Assembly (NCBI GenBank): GCA_964436015.1
Contig: CAYTAR010000005.1
Span: 17,714 to 81,713 of the forward strand
Length of the DNA: 64,000 nt
From: an uncultured Candidatus Saccharibacteria bacterium
Lineage (GTDB): Bacteria; Patescibacteriota; Minisyncoccia; Phycocordibacterales; GCA-2401445
Direction: 5' to 3'
The notes under the pieces are model-generated. The model had not been told where the DNA came from, ran no database searches, and saw nothing but the letters and a program-made list of their open reading frames with translations. Positions 60,376 through 64,000 of the stretch are shown piece after piece. The translations under genes were made by a program, and so were the position numbers. Positions within the stretch are counted from its first letter, which is position 1. Each line of letters begins with the position of its first letter.

Positions 60376-60609
60376 AACAGAGATTAGAGAGAAGAGATTA
60401 GAGATTAGAAAGGAAAGAGACAAGAGGAAAAACAGAGATCAGAGAGAAGAGATTAGAGATTAGAAAAAGAAAAGAAAGAGAAATTTAGGAATGATGTTTA
60501 TTTTCTTATAGAAACCCTTATCTTACGATATATCGTAAAATATAGGAAAAGTGAAAAGAAAAATGGTAAGCATAGAACAGAGATTGGTGATTGGAGATTA
60601 GAATTGAGA
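60375..60609 (+). repeat. purine-rich degenerate tandem repeat (about 36-nt unit, 3 copies)
   Basis: GAACAGAGAT(T/C)AGAGAGAAGAGATTAGAGATTAGAAA at 60375 and 60431, degenerate copy at 60573; multiple GGA triplets. Confidence 0.6.
60523..60538. promoter_or_regulatory. palindrome TTACGATATATCGTAA (copy 1 of a 4-member family)
   Basis: Related perfect palindromes at 60657..60678 (CTGTAGCGATATATCGCTACAG), 61276..61293 (CATACGATATATCGTATG) and 61434..61459 (ATATCTTACGATATATCGTAAGATAT). Confidence 0.5.
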
Positions 60610-60877
60610 ATAAAGATATAAAATATCGATTAAAAGATAAAAAAGGAAATATAAATCTGTAGCGATATATCGCTACAGATTGCTCTCTAAAAATAAACAG
60701 CACCTATTGATGCTGTTTATTTTTACGCTTTGTGTCACAAGTTACTAAGTCTGCTCCTGTGCTCCGCACGGTGCGCGGACTAAGTACTCGCGACACCGTC
60801 TCGCCTGTCGCAAAGCGACACGGCTCCGACTTCACACTTCGCTCGCACGCAAAGCAGTTTGCGTGCTTTACGCTCGT

Positions 60878-60896
60878 GTGACCCTACGGGGAATCG
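60878..60896 (-). repeat. 19-nt duplicate of the tRNA-Glu 3' end
   Basis: GTGACCCTACGGGGAATCG is identical to 61094..61112 in the tRNA-Glu gene; in direct orientation relative to it. Confidence 0.6.
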
Positions 60897-61028
60897 GTAA
60901 CGCATAAATTTCCTGACGGAAATTTTGCGCGACCCCGCCTCATCTGTTTCTGCCTTGAGCAAAAGGCTCAAACAGAAACATGACTGCGGCTTTCGATTCC
61001 CCGCCGCAAGGTGTGCAGACACTTTGCT

Positions 61029-61102
61029 TAGGGTCACCGCAATATTCAAAAACAAAAATGCGCTAAGCGCATTTTTGTTAAGAATATATAGCGGTGACCC
61101 TA
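61029..61102. repeat. about 74-bp near-perfect palindrome whose right arm is the tRNA-Glu 3' acceptor end
   Basis: TAGGGTCACCGC (61029-61040) is the reverse complement of GCGGTGACCCTA (61091-61102); the inner arms also pair around the centre GCGCTAAGCGC. Confidence 0.6.
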
Positions 61103-61166
61103 CGGGGAATCGAACCCCGATTTAAGCCTTGAGAAGGCCTTGTCCTAACCGTTAGACGATAGGGCC
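61095..61166 (-). tRNA. tRNA-Glu (anticodon CTC)
   Basis: Reverse-complement cloverleaf: acceptor GGCCCTA/TAGGGTC (one G-U pair), anticodon loop TTCTCAA, T arm CGGGG-TTCGATT-CCCCG, discriminator A; CC encoded at 61093-61094. Confidence 0.8.
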
Positions 61167-61176
61167 AATGCGACAA

Positions 61177-61205
61177 AATATAGCAGAGTGAATGCTTTTT
61201 GACAA
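61177..61205 (-). promoter_or_regulatory. sigma70-like promoter for tRNA-Glu
   Basis: On the minus strand, TTGTCA - 17 nt - TATATT, ending about 11 nt upstream of the tRNA 5' end. Confidence 0.4.
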
Positions 61206-61646
61206 TGGATATATAATCCAGTTAAGTGCACCTCATATACAATTTTTTAGAATTGAAGTCTAAGAAAATCCATACCATACGATATATCGTATGATATGAA
61301 GGTAAAAGAAAAAAGGGTTCTAGAGAGACGATATAACCTGCACAGAGGATTGCAAATTTCCCGCCATCCCGCTGACATGTATAGGTTAAAAAAATACGTA
61401 ACTGTACTAATTTTTAACAAGTATTTGATAACCATATCTTACGATATATCGTAAGATATGACTGAGTTACAAAAACAATCAAAATATTTTCAATCACCAT
61501 ACAATCTGATTTGCGCCAAGAAATGAATTTAAAAAGTATGTGTGGGGGGTATGAATTCGCAAAAAGTGATTTTAGAAATACGTACATAGAATTTAAGTCC
61601 AAAAACAAAACTTGAAAAACCCTATAAAATATGTTCTAATTGCGAA

Positions 61647-62624
61647 ATGGCATTTACTGATGAAGTACACATACATCTCAAAGCTGGTCGCGGAGGCGAC
61701 GGCGTTGTTCGCTGGCGACACGAAAAAGGGAAGGAGTTCATGGGACCAGCCGGTGGAAACGGCGGAAGAGGAGGGAGTGTGTTCGTTACCGCAATTCATG
61801 ACATTATGCGCCTCGCATCCTTTCGTCATGTAACTGAACTGACCGCAGGCAATGGAGACCCCGGGTTTAACTCAAGCAAGCAAGGTAAGTCTGGAAAAGA
61901 TTTAGTTCTTGAAGTTCCAGTTGGAACGGTTATCACAAACATGAACACGGGAGAATCGTGGGACTTGGTGAACGTGGGGGAAACGGCGGAAATTCTTAAA
62001 GGTGGACCTGGAGGGATGGGGAATGAGCATTTTAAAGGTTCCACAAACACTACCCCAACAAAAGCCACTTCTGGAAAAAATGGTGAAGAAGCAGATTTTC
62101 TTTTTGAACTGAAGCTCATCGCCGACATTGGTTTTGTGGGTTTACCAAATGCGGGTAAATCAAGTTTGCTTAATGAGATGACCAAAGCGCATGCAAAAGT
62201 GGGTGCATATTCTTTTACGACCCTTGAACCGAACCTTGGTGCAATGAACGGTTTTATACTTGCAGACATCCCAGGGTTGATTGAGGGAGCGTCGGACGGC
62301 AAGGGGCTCGGACATAAGTTTTTGAGACACATTGCCCGAACGAGAATGTTGCTTCATTGTGTATCTCTGGAATCCGAGAACCCTTATAAAGACTACCTAT
62401 CTATCCGAGATGAGCTAGAAAAGTACGATGCACGTTTGATCGAAAAAGATGAAGTCGTGGTTCTCACCAAAACTGACACGGTTGATGAGAATCGTCGTGC
62501 AGAGGTACAAAATGAGTTTGCGATTACTGGTAAGCTCGTATTGACGGTATCTATTCTTGATGATACTTCAGTTAAACATTTAAAGGAAAAACTATCAACG
62601 CTTCTGGGTAGCCAAACAGTCTAA
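61647..62624 (+). CDS. obg: GTPase Obg/CgtA
   Basis: Gly-rich Obg fold N-terminus (GGDGVV...GGNGGRGG) and G-domain motif GLPNAGKSSL. Confidence 0.9.
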   Translation: MAFTDEVHIHLKAGRGGDGVVRWRHEKGKEFMGPAGGNGGRGGSVFVTAIHDIMRLASFRHVTELTAGNGDPGFNSSKQGKSGKDLVLEVPVGTVITNMNTGESWDLVNVGETAEILKGGPGGMGNEHFKGSTNTTPTKATSGKNGEEADFLFELKLIADIGFVGLPNAGKSSLLNEMTKAHAKVGAYSFTTLEPNLGAMNGFILADIPGLIEGASDGKGLGHKFLRHIARTRMLLHCVSLESENPYKDYLSIRDELEKYDARLIEKDEVVVLTKTDTVDENRRAEVQNEFAITGKLVLTVSILDDTSVKHLKEKLSTLLGSQTV

Positions 62625-62643
62625 TTTCGTCTATGCTATCTGC

Positions 62644-64000
62644 ATGACAAAGGAGTATATTCCAACCATTGGTCTTGAAATACACGCAGAACTGGCAACG
62701 GCCACAAAAATGTTTTGTAGGTGCGCAAACAACCCCGATGCTGAGCTTCCAAACGCACACGTGTGTCCAGTGTGCATGGGACACCCAGGAACTTTGCCTA
62801 CAATAAATAAGCAGGCGGTAAAAAATGTAATCACCATCGGATATGCGGTTTCTGGCACGATTGCAAAAGAAACAAATTTTGATAGAAAAAACTATTTTTA
62901 TCCAGACATACCAAAAGCGTACCAAATCAGTCAGTACAAGCGACCTCTTGTCTCGGGAGGAAGCTTGCATGGAGTAGAGCTCACTCGAATACATTTAGAA
63001 GAAGACACAGCTCGTTCGTCTCATGAAACTAGCAAGGGGAGTTTAGTTGACTACAATCGCTCGGGACTTCCTCTTATGGAATTAGTTACCGAACCAGTAA
63101 TTCGCAGTGGCGAGCAAGCAATGGAGTTTGCACAAGAGCTTCAGTTGCTTCTCCGGACTTTAGGTATCGCTCACGCAAATATGGAGAAGGGAGAAATGAG
63201 AGTAGAAGCCAACATCTCGGTTAGCAACTCGGATACTCTCGGTGTAAAAGTTGAAGTAAAAAACCTTAACTCATTCCGCTCGGTAGGACGTGCAGTTGAT
63301 TACGAGATCGCTCGTCACATTGCGCTACTTGAATCAGGGGGAGTGGTAACTCAGGAGACCCGAGGGTGGGATGAAGTTGGTCAGAAGACATTTACCCAGA
63401 GAAGCAAAGAGAACGCACATGACTATCGATACTTCCCAGATCCTGATCTGCCAGAACTTGATATCTCACTCATTACTGAGTTTTCAAAAGAGGAGATAGA
63501 AAAGACGATGCCTGAGCTCCCATGGGTAACCCGAAAACGGTACATTGATGATTTTAATATGAGCTTAGACAATGCGAACATGCTACTCGCAAATAGACCC
63601 CTCGCATCTTTCGCTGAGAAGGTCATGGCTGGACTAAAAAGTGAGAAAGATAAAGTGCTTGCACTCAACTATATTACAAGCGACCTTGTAGGACTTATAA
63701 AGAAAGACACAACTGAGACATCTCGGGAGTACGAGGTTCCACACACGGTATCCGAGATTGCCTTCATTGAGTTAATAGACATGATTGCCAAAGCCGAGCT
63801 TTCGTCTCGGGGCGCAAAGGACACTCTGGCACGTATGTACTCAGTAGGAGGAGGCGCAAGAGAGATAGCCGAGAAGAATGGATTGATTCAAAAAAATGAC
63901 GAAGGAGCACTCAAAGCTGTTGTCGCCGAGGTGCTCTCAAAGAACGAATCTGTGGTTCTTGATTATAAAAACGGAAAGGAATCCGCCCTCCAATTTCTCG
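62644..64000 (+). CDS. gatB: Asp-tRNA(Asn)/Glu-tRNA(Gln) amidotransferase subunit B (3' end outside window)
   Basis: Manual translation gives MTKEYIPTIGLEIHAEL...CPVCMGHPGTLP...DYRYFPDPDLP; no stop before the window edge, so absent from the ORF track. Confidence 0.85.
   Translation, partial: MTKEYIPTIGLEIHAELATATKMFCRCANNPDAELPNAHVCPVCMGHPGTLPTINKQAVKNVITIGYAVSGTIAKETNFDRKNYFYPDIPKAYQISQYKRPLVSGGSLHGVELTRIHLEEDTARSSHETSKGSLVDYNRSGLPLMELVTEPVIRSGEQAMEFAQELQLLLRTLGIAHANMEKGEMRVEANISVSNSDTLGVKVEVKNLNSFRSVGRAVDYEIARHIALLESGGVVTQETRGWDEVGQKTFTQRSKENAHDYRYFPDPDLPELDISLITEFSKEEIEKTMPELPWVTRKRYIDDFNMSLDNANMLLANRPLASFAEKVMAGLKSEKDKVLALNYITSDLVGLIKKDTTETSREYEVPHTVSEIAFIELIDMIAKAELSSRGAKDTLARMYSVGGGAREIAEKNGLIQKNDEGALKAVVAEVLSKNESVVLDYKNGKESALQFL

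Noticed and set aside
60375-60609. CRISPR array
   Set aside because: The repeats are purine-only and degenerate, with a 56-bp period but no unique spacers of regular length. No cas genes are nearby. I called it a tandem repeat instead.
60700-61092. A second tRNA or tmRNA gene in the structured region left of tRNA-Glu
   Set aside because: T-arm-like TTCGATTCC and acceptor-like fragments are present, but no complete cloverleaf or tmRNA tRNA-like domain plus tag frame could be folded. I interpreted them as duplicated tRNA-Glu fragments and hairpins.

Overview
This 64 kb window comes from a compact, gene-dense bacterial chromosome with standard stops and frequent TTG/GTG starts. Most of it is housekeeping. 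Recognisable genes include hisS, two TruB-family pseudouridine synthases, pyk (short form), eno, gpmI, fmt, def, priA, murA with an N-terminal HTH, two mreB paralogs with mreC/mreD/PBP2, a short proS, frr, rseP, greA, the dcw genes mraZ-rsmH-ftsL-ftsI-murF, obg and a partial gatB. There is also an RND efflux pair. A short ProRS, a short Pyk and the HTH-MurA fusion hint at a reduced-genome lineage, possibly Patescibacteria-like, with low confidence. The main accessory feature is a roughly 10.6 kb island inserted at the 3' end of tRNA-Asn(GTT), about 22.65-33.3 kb. It is framed by two 263-bp near-identical direct repeats that begin with the last 5 nt of the tRNA and end with a tRNA T-arm-like core. 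Further right are at least four degenerate copies of the tRNA-Asn 3' end, each paired with a conserved about 30-bp AT-rich motif and each in front of its own small cargo gene. This reads as tandem accretion of tRNA-targeting elements, but no integrase is present in the window. The first cargo is a tightly packed five-gene minus-strand operon: AbiEi, AbiEii, an SDH/S49-type Clp-fold serine protease, a gamma-class N6-adenine MTase and a DUF262+HNH nuclease. It sits divergent from a two-gene module (hypothetical protein plus 4-TM protein), and two perfect palindromes that look like AbiEi operators lie between the two units. Later cassettes carry a zinc-ribbon protein, two unknowns, a TehB-like SAM methyltransferase and an AT-rich Hjc-like PD-(D/E)xK protein. 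A second tRNA, tRNA-Glu(CTC) on the minus strand, sits in a repeat-rich intergenic region with duplicated tRNA 3'-end fragments, a long hairpin that uses the tRNA acceptor end, four CGATATATCG-core palindromes and a purine-rich tandem repeat. I found no CRISPR array and no rRNA.
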